Of a DNA stretch of 64,000 bases, positions 1 through 12,330 are shown in pieces. The first letter of the stretch is position 1, and each line of letters starts with the position of its first letter. The position numbers were made by a program, and so were the translations under genes. Source of the DNA: an uncultured Planctomycetales bacterium. Lineage in GTDB: Bacteria > Omnitrophota > Gorgyraeia > Zapsychrales > JAHFFX01. The stretch is from contig CAYJRN010000005.1 of NCBI GenBank assembly GCA_964372915.1, positions 11,329 to 75,328 on the forward strand. Reading direction: 5' to 3'. The notes under the pieces are model-generated. The model was not told where the DNA came from. It saw only the letters and a list, made by a program, of their open reading frames with translations, and did no database searches.

Positions 1-71
1 ATGGAAGCGGCCGCGATGCCTTTTCCCAAACTTGAAACCACCCCGCCGGTGATAAAGATGAACTTGGCCAT

Positions 72-1454
72 TTACGCCTTCACTCCTTCGAGAAGATACT
101 TGCTTTGATTCGTGGGGATCTTAACCGGATACTCGCCCGTAAAACACGCGTGACAAAAATCTCCGGAATTCTTCATCACCTTCAACATTCCTTGAAGGCT
201 TAAGTATTCCAGCGTATCCACCATGATAAAATCCGCGACCTCTTTGACCGTCTTATTGGACGCGACCAATTCCTTGCGGCTGGGAAAATCGATCCCATAA
301 AAACAAGGGAATTTGATAGGCGGACAACTGATGCGCATGTGGATTTCTTTGGCCCCCGCCTTCCTTAACTCCTCGATGCGGCTGCGACTCGTGGTCCCGC
401 GGACAATCGAATCCTCGATGACGATAATCTTTTTGCCTTTGAGAACACTGCTGATGGGGTTAAGTTTCACCCGGACCCTAAAATCCCGCAAAAATTGCGA
501 CGGCTGGATAAACGTGCGGCCGATATAGTGGTTACGGATCATTCCAATTTCAAGGGGTAGATTTAATTCCTGGGCATAGCCCAGCGCCGCGTAACTGCCG
601 GAGTCGGGGATTGCCATCACGAAATCGGCTTGGGCCGGATGTTCTTTGGCCAGCTCGGCGCCCAAGCGTTTTCTCACCTGATAAACGTTGTCGTCAAAAA
701 TATTACTGTCCGGACGGGCGAAATAAATATTCTCAAAAATGCACTTGGCCTTTTTGGCTTTTTCACTTCCCGGCAATTTATGGGACTCGATTGTATCGCC
801 TTTGATAAAAACCATCTCTCCGGGTTCAATCTCACGGATGAACTGCGCCCGGGTCAAATCCAAAGCACAGGTTTCGGAAGCGAGGATATATCCGTCATCT
901 AACTTTCCTAAACACAAAGGACGAAAACCGTGCGGATCGCGCACGCCGACAATCGTATCTCCGATGAGAAACACCACCGAATACGCCCCCTCCACTTGGG
1001 AAAGCGCGTGAGTGAACCAATCCTTGAGGTTGCCGTTTTTGGTGCGGGCCAAAAGATGCACGAAGATCTCCGAGTCCATCGTCGTCTGAAAGATAGCCCC
1101 CTCTTCTTCAAGCTTTTTGTATAATTCTTCCGTGTTGGTAAGATTGCCGTTGTGAGAAACCGCGATGGGTTTGCCTTTATGCATGGCAAGAAACGGCTGG
1201 ATATTCTTGATGTTGCTTGAGCCCGTCGTCGAATAACGCGAATGACCGATGGCGACAGTCCCCTGGAGTTCCTTGATCGCCCGCTCATCAAAGGCATCCG
1301 CCACCTGACCCGGCGCCTTGATGATATGGATGTCCTTGCCGTCGTAACTGGCGATGCCGGCCGCCTCCTCGCCGCGATGTTGAAGAGCATACAGCCCCAA
1401 AAAAGCAATCTTTGCGGCCTCTTCATGTTTGGAGACGCCGATTATACCGCACAT
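72..1454 (-). CDS. purF: amidophosphoribosyltransferase (glutamine-PRPP amidotransferase)
   Basis: 460 aa; N-terminal MCGIIG with catalytic Cys2 of Ntn glutaminase, PRTase-type C-terminal half. Confidence 0.92.
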   Translation of the reverse strand: MCGIIGVSKHEEAAKIAFLGLYALQHRGEEAAGIASYDGKDIHIIKAPGQVADAFDERAIKELQGTVAIGHSRYSTTGSSNIKNIQPFLAMHKGKPIAVSHNGNLTNTEELYKKLEEEGAIFQTTMDSEIFVHLLARTKNGNLKDWFTHALSQVEGAYSVVFLIGDTIVGVRDPHGFRPLCLGKLDDGYILASETCALDLTRAQFIREIEPGEMVFIKGDTIESHKLPGSEKAKKAKCIFENIYFARPDSNIFDDNVYQVRKRLGAELAKEHPAQADFVMAIPDSGSYAALGYAQELNLPLEIGMIRNHYIGRTFIQPSQFLRDFRVRVKLNPISSVLKGKKIIVIEDSIVRGTTSRSRIEELRKAGAKEIHMRISCPPIKFPCFYGIDFPSRKELVASNKTVKEVADFIMVDTLEYLSLQGMLKVMKNSGDFCHACFTGEYPVKIPTNQSKYLLEGVKA

Positions 1455-1646
1455 GAAACACCTCTCTCGTTTTTGTCCGCCTTCGCTGAATTATTTACGT
1501 GTTCAGTCCGCCTTCGCCAAGGCTTCGGCGAGATTTCTCCAAAGCTTTAGCGAAGGAGAACTTCGGCGGATGTCGCTTCAAAAATTCTCAGCGGACAACC
1601 CTGCGAAGCCAAACACAATAAGTATTTGGCGAAGCAGGGTAAATCT
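1455..1646 (-). promoter_or_regulatory. structured purF 5' leader / carB 3' region with repeated GCGAAGGCGGAC and CCTTCGC words
   Basis: On the minus-strand RNA, GCGAAGGCGGAC occurs twice and complementary CUCCUUCGCU/CCGCCGAAG once each, giving alternative pairings. A hairpin sits immediately after the carB stop (about 1609-1640). Confidence 0.4.
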
Positions 1647-4916
<3,270 letters not shown>

Positions 4917-4919
4917 TGT

Positions 4920-6011
4920 TTACGTACCATATTTTTCCATCATCTGAATAAATTGTTTAAATAAATATTGGGCATCCGAAGGGCCCGGGGCGCTTTCCGG
5001 ATGATATTGGATGGAAAATACCGGAAACTTTTTATGGCGTAATCCCTCGACAGTGTTATCGTTCAAATTCATATGGGTCACCTCGACCTCTGCAGGATTA
5101 AGGCTCTTCATGTCCACGCAAAATCCATGATTCTGCGAGGTGATCCCGATGCGATTAACCTGCATATCCTTGACAGGGTGATTCGCACCGTGATGACCAA
5201 ATTTGAGCTTATAGGTTGTTCCGCCTAAGGCATGCCCCAAAATTTGATGGCCTAAACAAATCCCAAAAATCGGGAGTTTGCCGAAAGATTTTCGAACCGT
5301 ATCAATCACACAGGTAACCACCGCCGGATCGCCGGGGCCGTTGGAAAGGAAAAGCCCGTCGGGCTTGATACTCAAAATGTCTTCGAGATTTGTCTGCGCG
5401 GGAAACACATGGATCTCGCAGCCCAAGCTGGCCAAGATCCTTAAAATATTGAATTTAATACCGCAATCGATCGCCGCAACTTTAAAACGAATAGTTTCCT
5501 GCGCCGGCCAAACATATTTCTCTTTGGTGGAAACGGATTTGACCCAGTCGTAACCGACCATGCTGGGAACGGCGTCGAGTTTTTTCTTCAAGGAGTTAGG
5601 ATCAAAATCTTCCGTTGAGATCATTCCCTTCATCGCCCCAAAAAGGCGCAAATGACGAGTCAACGCGCGGGTATCAATCCCCTCAACGGCAAGAATTTTA
5701 TTTTTATTGAGATACTCAATGAGGCTTTGGGTGGCGCGGAAATTGGAGTGGTGCCGGCAGAATTCCTTGACGACAAAACCTTTGACGTGGACTTGTCTTG
5801 ATTCGACGTCTTCTTCGTTGACGCCGTAATTGCCGATCAAGGGATACGTCATCACGACGATCTGGCCGGCGTAGGAGGGGTCGGTCAAAATCTCTTGATA
5901 CCCGGTCATGGCGGTATTGAAGACAAATTCCCCGGCGGTTTCTCCTGTGACTGAAAGCGACTCACCCGTAAAGGTTTTACCGTCCTGCAGATACAGAATT
6001 GCCTTTTTCAT
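4920..6011 (-). CDS. carA: carbamoyl-phosphate synthase small (glutamine amidotransferase) subunit
   Basis: 363 aa; CPSase small N-domain plus class-I GATase with GICLGHQ catalytic Cys; 3-nt gap to carB. Confidence 0.93.
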   Translation of the reverse strand: MKKAILYLQDGKTFTGESLSVTGETAGEFVFNTAMTGYQEILTDPSYAGQIVVMTYPLIGNYGVNEEDVESRQVHVKGFVVKEFCRHHSNFRATQSLIEYLNKNKILAVEGIDTRALTRHLRLFGAMKGMISTEDFDPNSLKKKLDAVPSMVGYDWVKSVSTKEKYVWPAQETIRFKVAAIDCGIKFNILRILASLGCEIHVFPAQTNLEDILSIKPDGLFLSNGPGDPAVVTCVIDTVRKSFGKLPIFGICLGHQILGHALGGTTYKLKFGHHGANHPVKDMQVNRIGITSQNHGFCVDMKSLNPAEVEVTHMNLNDNTVEGLRHKKFPVFSIQYHPESAPGPSDAQYLFKQFIQMMEKYGT

Positions 6012-6133
6012 GGCCGACCGACACGCATGAGAGGTGGAAAAATTAAAAAATTTTTCGAAATGATTGAAATACTGCGGGGTGGGAATACTTTCTTCCTGCT
6101 GCCCCAGTAACTATACCATCGCTTAAACTTTTG

Positions 6134-7702
6134 TCAAGAATTAATCTTCACCATCTCCTCGATCACCCGACGGCATTGCTGCGTGGGGCACTCGAGATAC
6201 CCCAACGACAGGCGCCGGTCAATAATATCTTCCGGCTTTTGGGCCATCTCGACCTTGAGCGCATAAACTACCTGCGCCTTGATCGCCAAAGAACACGAGC
6301 ACAGCCGCGCCTTCAAAAAAGGATCACCGCGGGTCAAACGCAAAACATCCGTGTACCGCGTTCCATACTTGTCCATGAGCATTTGGACGGTTTCGGTATC
6401 CAGATCATACTCCAGAGCCGCCTCTTCCGGTCTTTGAACAAAGGTGCCGCTGCCGTACAGAGGATACTCGGTCGATTCCTCGGAAGATTTCACTTTGAGG
6501 ACGCGGTTCACCGTCTCTTGCGCGATTCGCCGGTAGGTTGTGTACTTGCCGCCCATCACAAAAAGAATTCCGCCGAATGTTTCTAGAATGGCGTGCCGGC
6601 GCGAAATCTTGGAAGGCGCCCCCTCCTCCTTGACCAACGGCCTTAACCCCGCAAACGTGGTAATGATATTTTCTTTTTTAAAACCCACCGCCGGGAAGAC
6701 GCGATTGGCCTCGTTCAAAAGATAATTGATATCCTCTTCTTGCACCGAAACGCCGTCGGGACTGCCCGAATAATCCGTGTCGGTCGTGCCGATCAAGGAA
6801 TTTCCCATCCAGGGAATGACGAAAAAGACCCGGTTGTCTTTTTGAGAGGTCATCAAAAGCGCGTGCGTGGAAATTTTTCCTTTATAAACGATATGGATCC
6901 CCTTGGTCAAGCGCACTTTTTCCATGGACCGATGATTTTCCATCTTTAAAAGCGCGTTGGTCCAAGGGCCGCCGGCGCAGACCACTTTTTTCGCGCGCGC
7001 CTCAAACGTCTTGCCGCTTAAAACGTCCTTGGCCGCCACACCCACGGCCTTGCCGTTAATTTTGATAAATGAAACAACCTCAATATAGTTGGCAACCACC
7101 GCTCCCTTCCCTCGGGCGGAAAGAACATTCTCCAGAACGAGCCTGGCGTCATCCATTTGAGCATCGTAATACGTGAGGCCTCCCGCCAAACCTTCCTTCT
7201 TGATCCCCGGCTCCAGGCGCAGGATTTCCTCAACACTCAAAGAGCGGTGAGATTGTATTTTATACGGACCGCTTAAGACGTCATACAAAAAAACTCCCAG
7301 TCTCATCATCCACAACGGCCTTCGATCGGTTTTATAAACGGGAATGATGAGGCCCAAGGGCTTGACCAGATGGGGAACATTTTTGAGCTGAATAAAACGC
7401 TCTTTGAGGGATTCCCGGACGAGATCAAATTCGAGATTCTCAAGATAACGGATCCCGCCGTGGATGAGCTTGGTGGATTTGCTCGAGGTGCCGGAGGCAA
7501 AATCGTTCTTCTCAAGAAGGGTAACCTTAAGACCCCGCCCGGCGGCGACGTTGGCGATCGCGGCCCCGTTAATGCCTCCGCCGATAATCAAAAGATCGAA
7601 TGAGCCTTTGGTAAACTGCGTAAAATCCCTCAACATGTCCTTATTGACCTTTCTTCGATTAACGCCGTATGCGGAAGTCAATATTACCTTTTCTCTCCCC
7701 AA
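6134..7702 (-). CDS. glpD: FAD-dependent glycerol-3-phosphate dehydrogenase
   Basis: 522 aa; N-terminal FAD fold LLIIGGGINGAAIA, GlpA/GlpD family length and C-terminal domain. Confidence 0.85.
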   Translation of the reverse strand: MGREKVILTSAYGVNRRKVNKDMLRDFTQFTKGSFDLLIIGGGINGAAIANVAAGRGLKVTLLEKNDFASGTSSKSTKLIHGGIRYLENLEFDLVRESLKERFIQLKNVPHLVKPLGLIIPVYKTDRRPLWMMRLGVFLYDVLSGPYKIQSHRSLSVEEILRLEPGIKKEGLAGGLTYYDAQMDDARLVLENVLSARGKGAVVANYIEVVSFIKINGKAVGVAAKDVLSGKTFEARAKKVVCAGGPWTNALLKMENHRSMEKVRLTKGIHIVYKGKISTHALLMTSQKDNRVFFVIPWMGNSLIGTTDTDYSGSPDGVSVQEEDINYLLNEANRVFPAVGFKKENIITTFAGLRPLVKEEGAPSKISRRHAILETFGGILFVMGGKYTTYRRIAQETVNRVLKVKSSEESTEYPLYGSGTFVQRPEEAALEYDLDTETVQMLMDKYGTRYTDVLRLTRGDPFLKARLCSCSLAIKAQVVYALKVEMAQKPEDIIDRRLSLGYLECPTQQCRRVIEEMVKINS

Positions 7703-7716
7703 AGCTGGAGAAAAAC

Positions 7717-9240
7717 TTACGGCTTAAAGGAAGAAAAGGTTAATAAGGTCCTTTGGACAGCCCGTTGCCAGCCGGCATACAGCCCTTCCCGCGTCTTAGC
7801 GGCCATCGACGGAAAGAAGATCCTGTCGGTTTCTTGAAGTCTTTTGAAATCCGCAGCGCCTTTCCATAATCCAACGCTGACTCCGGCTAAAATGGCCGCG
7901 CCCCGGACCGTGGATTCGATACCCCGAGGGCGAACGATTTTTGCGCCCAGCACATCCGCTTGGAACTGCATCAAAAAATTATTCTTGCAAGCGCCCCCAT
8001 CCACCTTCAACTCCTTCACCCGATGATGGAATTCCTCTTGCATCAGGTCAAAAACATCCCGCGTTTGATAGGCAATCGATTCCAGCGCCGCCCGGATTAT
8101 ATGTCGCACGTTTGAGCCCCGGGTCAGCCCCGCGATAAGGCCGCGGGCCGCAGAGTCCCAGTAAGGCGCGCCCAAACCCGTGAACGCGGGAACAAAATAA
8201 ACGCCTTGCGTGTCGGAAACGCCGCGAATCGCGCGTTCAGACTCCGACGAGGTTTTGAGGACTTTTAATTCATCGCGCAACCACTGTATCGCCGCCCCGG
8301 CCACAAAAACCGAACCTTCCAACGCATAAACGGGATTTCCTTTTTCATCACAGGCAATGGTTGAAAGCAATCCTTTTTTGGAATAAATCAGTTTCTTGCC
8401 TGTATTTAAAACCATAAAACATCCCGTCCCATACGTATTCTTAACGGTGCCGGATGTAAAACAGCCTTGTCCGTACAGAGCCGCCTGCTGATCACCCATC
8501 ACGGCCGTAATCGGAATGCCGGAAGGCAATCCGGCGACACCGTCGGCGGTCTTGCCGAAGGAACTGCCGGATTTTTGTACGCACGGCAAGACCGCCGACG
8601 GGACATTCAAAATCCTCAAAATTTCCTCATCCCATTTGAGCGTGCGGATATTAAAAAGCATTGTGCGCGAGGCATTGGTCATATCGGTCGCGTGAAAACG
8701 CCCGCCGGTCAGTTTCCAAATGAGCCAACTGTCGATGGTGCCGAAGGCAATCTCGCCTTTAAGGGCTCGGTCCCGTAAACCGGGGACACGATCCAAAATC
8801 CATTTGATTTTGGTACCGGAAAAATAAGGATCAATGACCAATCCGGTTTTAAGACGCACTGTGGCGGCATGGCGCGCCAGGCCTTTGCAGATATCGGCTG
8901 TCCGACGGCATTGCCAGACGATCGCGCGATGGACAGGTTTTGAGGTTTTGCGGTCCCAGAGGACGGTTGTTTCCCGTTGATTGGTAATTCCGATGGCGAG
9001 AATCTTGGAGGGATTGATCTTGGCTGCTGCGACGGCTTTGCGGATTACAGTTTCAACCGAACGCCAGATCTCCTCGGCATCGTGCTCGACCCAGCCGGGC
9101 TTGGGATAATACTGCTTGAACTCGCGGGTGGCACTTCCTGCGATGCGGCCCTTGGAATCAAAAACATAGGCCCTTGAACCCGTGGTCCCTTGATCGAGGG
9201 CGAGGATATACTGTTTTTTCAAGGCAAATTTTAATTTCAA
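7717..9240 (-). CDS. glpK: glycerol kinase
   Basis: 507 aa; FGGY kinase, ILALDQGTTGSRAYVFD N-terminus typical of GlpK. Confidence 0.92.
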   Translation of the reverse strand: MKLKFALKKQYILALDQGTTGSRAYVFDSKGRIAGSATREFKQYYPKPGWVEHDAEEIWRSVETVIRKAVAAAKINPSKILAIGITNQRETTVLWDRKTSKPVHRAIVWQCRRTADICKGLARHAATVRLKTGLVIDPYFSGTKIKWILDRVPGLRDRALKGEIAFGTIDSWLIWKLTGGRFHATDMTNASRTMLFNIRTLKWDEEILRILNVPSAVLPCVQKSGSSFGKTADGVAGLPSGIPITAVMGDQQAALYGQGCFTSGTVKNTYGTGCFMVLNTGKKLIYSKKGLLSTIACDEKGNPVYALEGSVFVAGAAIQWLRDELKVLKTSSESERAIRGVSDTQGVYFVPAFTGLGAPYWDSAARGLIAGLTRGSNVRHIIRAALESIAYQTRDVFDLMQEEFHHRVKELKVDGGACKNNFLMQFQADVLGAKIVRPRGIESTVRGAAILAGVSVGLWKGAADFKRLQETDRIFFPSMAAKTREGLYAGWQRAVQRTLLTFSSFKP

Positions 9241-10676
9241 AATTTTGTTTCCGCCAGCAGATACTGATGAATCCCTTCGGCGGCCGCGCGCCCCTCGGCA
9301 ATGGCCCAGACCACGAGCGACTGTCCGCGCGCCATGTCCCCGGCGACAAAAACCCCGGGAACACCGGTCATCTTGTTCTTATCCTGCTTGACGTTGCCCC
9401 GCGCGTCGAGCTCTACTCCCAATTCTTCCAGCATGCCTTTTTTGACCGGGCCCAAAAAACCCATGGCCAGAAGCACCAGGTCGCATTCCACTTCGAATTC
9501 CGAACCCGGGATTTCCTTCATCGCGCTTCTGCCGGTCACGGGATCCTGGGGGCCGAATTCCAATCGTACGGCGTGAAGTTTTTTGAGCTTTCCGTTTTCA
9601 CCGCTGAATTTTTTGGTCAGGATGGAATAATCCTGCTCAACGCCTTCTTCGTGAGAACTCGATTTTCTTTGGACAAAGGCCCATTGGGGCCAGGGATTAT
9701 CGAAGGATCGATCCTTGGGGGGCTGGGGCAGCAATTCAAATTGTTTCACCCACACAGCCCCCTGACGATTGGACGTTCCTAAACAGTCGGAGCCCGTATC
9801 GCCTCCGCCTAAAATGACAACTCTTTTTGCCTGGGCCGTAATACTAGCCTTGGGATCGACAGGCTGCCCCAAATTTCGACGGTTCTGCTGCGGCAAGAAG
9901 ATCATGGCCTGGTAAATGCCCTCGAGCTCACGCCCGGGAATCGGTAAATCGCGCCAATCTTCCGCTCCGCCGCACAAAACCAGCGCGTCATATTTTTTCC
10001 GCAATTCTTTCGCGGAAATGTTGACACCGACGTGAGCGCCCGTCTTCAATTCAACGCCTTCCTGATGCATTCTCTTGACGCGCCGCTCCACAATCCACTT
10101 TTCCAGCTTGAAATCCGGAATTCCTAAGGTGAGAAGTCCGCCAATCACCTCATTTTTTTCATAGACCGTCACCTTGTGGCCCATCTTATTGAGCTCATCC
10201 GCGCACGCTAAGCCCGCGGGACCGGAACCGACGACGGCAACTTTTTTGCCCGTGCGGTGTTTGGGAGGATGGGGCTTTACCCATCCGTGTTCATAAGCCT
10301 TGTCAATGATCGCGACTTCGATATTTTTGATCGTCACCGCCGGCTGGTTGATGGCCAACACACAGGCGTTCTCGCAGGGGGCCGGACAGATACGACCGGT
10401 GAACTCCGGAAAATTATTCGTTTTGTGAAGCCGTTCAATCGCTTCCTGCCAGCGATCATTAAAGACGAGATCATTCCAGTCGGGAATGATATTGCCGATA
10501 GGACACCCGGACTGACAAAACGGAACGCCGCAATCCATGCAGCGTCCGCCTTGTTTTTTTAACTCTTCTTCCGGCAAAAGAACTGAAAATTCTTTCCAGT
10601 GCTTTAATCGTTCTTCAACGGGTTCTTTCTTGAATTCCTTACGATCATATTTCATGAACCCTTTAATATCACCCAC
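9237..10676 (-). CDS. gltD: glutamate synthase small (NADPH) subunit
   Basis: 479 aa; N-terminal 4Fe-4S Cys cluster plus two Rossmann FAD/NAD motifs (VAVVGSGPAG); GTG start with GGAG SD. Confidence 0.9.
   Translation of the reverse strand: MGDIKGFMKYDRKEFKKEPVEERLKHWKEFSVLLPEEELKKQGGRCMDCGVPFCQSGCPIGNIIPDWNDLVFNDRWQEAIERLHKTNNFPEFTGRICPAPCENACVLAINQPAVTIKNIEVAIIDKAYEHGWVKPHPPKHRTGKKVAVVGSGPAGLACADELNKMGHKVTVYEKNEVIGGLLTLGIPDFKLEKWIVERRVKRMHQEGVELKTGAHVGVNISAKELRKKYDALVLCGGAEDWRDLPIPGRELEGIYQAMIFLPQQNRRNLGQPVDPKASITAQAKRVVILGGGDTGSDCLGTSNRQGAVWVKQFELLPQPPKDRSFDNPWPQWAFVQRKSSSHEEGVEQDYSILTKKFSGENGKLKKLHAVRLEFGPQDPVTGRSAMKEIPGSEFEVECDLVLLAMGFLGPVKKGMLEELGVELDARGNVKQDKNKMTGVPGVFVAGDMARGQSLVVWAIAEGRAAAEGIHQYLLAETKF
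10651..10673. repeat. 23-bp direct repeat copy A (inside the first codons of gltD)
   Basis: TTCATGAACCCTTTAATATCACC; 20/20 + 2/3 identical to 11188-11210. Confidence 0.9.
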
Positions 10677-10697
10677 AATACATCTCCATATTACTTT

Positions 10698-10858
10698 TAG
10701 GCATCGACCCGGCGTTCTTCATGTGTCCCAATATTTACCTGGGGTACATCAGCCGGGGTTAACCTCTGAAAATCTTCCCTTGTAATACCGCTAAGAAAGC
10801 TCTGGATATGCGTAACGGCATCGAGAATATGCTTTAAATAAATTTCATTACTTTTCAT
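10698..10858 (-). pseudogene. hepT: truncated HepT/DUF86 (HEPN) toxin fragment
   Basis: 53-codon ORF MKSNEIYLKHILDAVTHIQSFLSGITREDFQ... matches the DUF86 N-terminus then terminates early. Its start overlaps the mntA stop by 11 nt, as in HepT/MntA pairs. Confidence 0.55.
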
Positions 10859-11171
10859 AAACGACTTTCATGGAATGCAAAATATCATTTTTGAGATACG
10901 GACTAAGACTGTCCATGGTCAGTAAATCGACTTTCCTGTGAAATATCTTCTGCATCTCGCTTTCCGCATGAATTAAATCAATCAAGCTTTTTGTCTGATT
11001 GGCGTCAAACTTAATGAGCACATCAAGGTCACTTCTTCCTTTCTGCTGTTTTCTGACAAACGACCCAAACAACGCCATAAAAGTAATACCGTTGGCCTCG
11101 CAAAGATTTTGAATTTTTTCTATGATAGACTTTTTTCTAAATTGAATCGGCAGGGAATTGATCTTAACCAT
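10848..11171 (-). CDS. mntA: MntA-type minimal nucleotidyltransferase (antitoxin of HEPN/MNT module)
   Basis: 107 aa; GSxxRGxxxxxSDxD motif (LFGSFVRKQQKGRSDLDVLI); GGAGGT SD 5 nt upstream. Confidence 0.8.
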   Translation of the reverse strand: MVKINSLPIQFRKKSIIEKIQNLCEANGITFMALFGSFVRKQQKGRSDLDVLIKFDANQTKSLIDLIHAESEMQKIFHRKVDLLTMDSLSPYLKNDILHSMKVVYEK

Positions 11172-11187
11172 TTTCTACCTCCAATGC

Positions 11188-11210
11188 TTCATGAACCCTT
11201 TAATATCGCC
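11188..11210. repeat. 23-bp direct repeat copy B (gltD 5'-end remnant upstream of mntA RBS)
   Basis: TTCATGAACCCTTTAATATCGCC; reproduces the GDIKGFMK coding segment of gltD out of context. Confidence 0.9.
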
Positions 11211-11243
11211 ATGTAGATTTATCATCCCTTCTTCCATGAATCT

Positions 11244-11504
11244 TTATTTAAAAGGAATATAAACTTGAAATGCCGCAATGATCGTTAAAACTATTGTCAA
11301 AACCACTAAAACCCATGTCAACTGAACCAATCTTTCATTAGCTGTATTTTGCGTTTTGATATACCGTCGCTGAATTTCTGCAATAACAACAGAAAATTTA
11401 TCAGTGGAATGTGTCCATTCGCCTATCCGCTCATGAACATACTGCTTGAGCCAATCTTCCAGTTCTTTATCTGTATATTCTGTAAAATCCTTACGAGTCC
11501 CCAC
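11244..11504 (-). CDS. hypothetical small tail-anchored membrane protein
   Basis: 86 aa; charged N-terminal 60 aa then a single C-terminal TM helix (LTWVLVVLTIVLTIIAAF); AT-rich codon usage. Confidence 0.45.
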   Translation of the reverse strand: MGTRKDFTEYTDKELEDWLKQYVHERIGEWTHSTDKFSVVIAEIQRRYIKTQNTANERLVQLTWVLVVLTIVLTIIAAFQVYIPFK

Positions 11505-11578
11505 AACCTATCCTCCAGACCATTTAAACACTTACTCCCGTCATCAGCACTTCTTGAAAAAAGCTCGCCGGGAATGCT

Positions 11579-11794
11579 TTATCGTTTTATATCTTCCGTT
11601 AGCGCCATCTCAACTTGAAATTCTTTGTGTCCGCCAAACAATTTGGCCGCGTCGAGGAATTCAATCCCCACCGGTTTACCTGCGGTATCATAATCAACTA
11701 TGACACCTTCAGCAATTTCGTCGCTTTCTTCAATTTTGGATTTTCGCAATCGAATATATAAAACATCTGCCTTAGAAGCATAGCTTATTTTCAT
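11579..11794 (-). CDS. DUF2283 family protein
   Basis: 71 aa; MKISYASKADVLYIRL...DYDTAGKPVGIEFLDA matches the DUF2283 pattern. Confidence 0.75.
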   Translation of the reverse strand: MKISYASKADVLYIRLRKSKIEESDEIAEGVIVDYDTAGKPVGIEFLDAAKLFGGHKEFQVEMALTEDIKR

Positions 11795-11800
11795 AAATTC

Positions 11801-12013
11801 TTAACCGGCAATCGTTTCAAAAGCCACTTTCAAGTGATCCAGCTTGGCCACTTGAAAATTCAATTTTTCAAAACCCAGCACGTGTCCTTTTTTGTCTTTC
11901 ATAAGAACAACCTCTTCCGCGGTTTCTTCACAAACATACTCACGCTTGGGTTCGCCAAACCAAACCGTCAGGGTATTGCCGGTACGATCATAAAATACCT
12001 TTACTTGGGCCAT
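11801..12013 (-). CDS. DUF2283 family protein (second, divergent copy)
   Basis: 70 aa; ...GNTLTVWFGE...DKKGHVLGFEKLN resembles DUF2283; overlaps upstream gene by 13 nt. Confidence 0.6.
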   Translation of the reverse strand: MAQVKVFYDRTGNTLTVWFGEPKREYVCEETAEEVVLMKDKKGHVLGFEKLNFQVAKLDHLKVAFETIAG

Positions 12014-12330
12014 ATTTTTTCTCCTGCTTTGATAATATCCGTTAAATAAGCTGTTATAAGAAATCCTTCTCCGTTAAGCCGTTTGCTCACAGCGCATACC
12101 CACTTGCCTTTATGGTAAGTCTTATAAAACAAATAAACAGCCGAATCTGTTTTACTCCTTCGGATTTCTTCGGGGTTCTCAAGAGTAGCCTTGACTTCTT
12201 TCTCATGTCCAGCCATCAACGGATGCTTAATTCCAACAATAATCTCCCAATAAGAACGGCTGACATGCACACGAAAACCAAGCGGCGTTAAAACATCAAA
12301 CCGTACACCTTTCCCATTCTGTTTTTCCAT
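12001..12330 (-). CDS. DUF4258-like small protein (putative toxin partner of DUF2283)
   Basis: 109 aa; LENPEEI... and C-terminal hydrophobic stretch ending ITAY resemble DUF4258; start codon 2 nt after gltB stop. Confidence 0.5.
   Translation of the reverse strand: MEKQNGKGVRFDVLTPLGFRVHVSRSYWEIIVGIKHPLMAGHEKEVKATLENPEEIRRSKTDSAVYLFYKTYHKGKWVCAVSKRLNGEGFLITAYLTDIIKAGEKIWPK

Noticed and set aside
1455-1646. Assigning the purF leader to the ZTP (pfl) riboswitch class
   Set aside because: GGCGGAC-containing words are suggestive, but I cannot reproduce the ZTP pseudoknot consensus by eye. Left as an unclassified structured leader pending cmscan.
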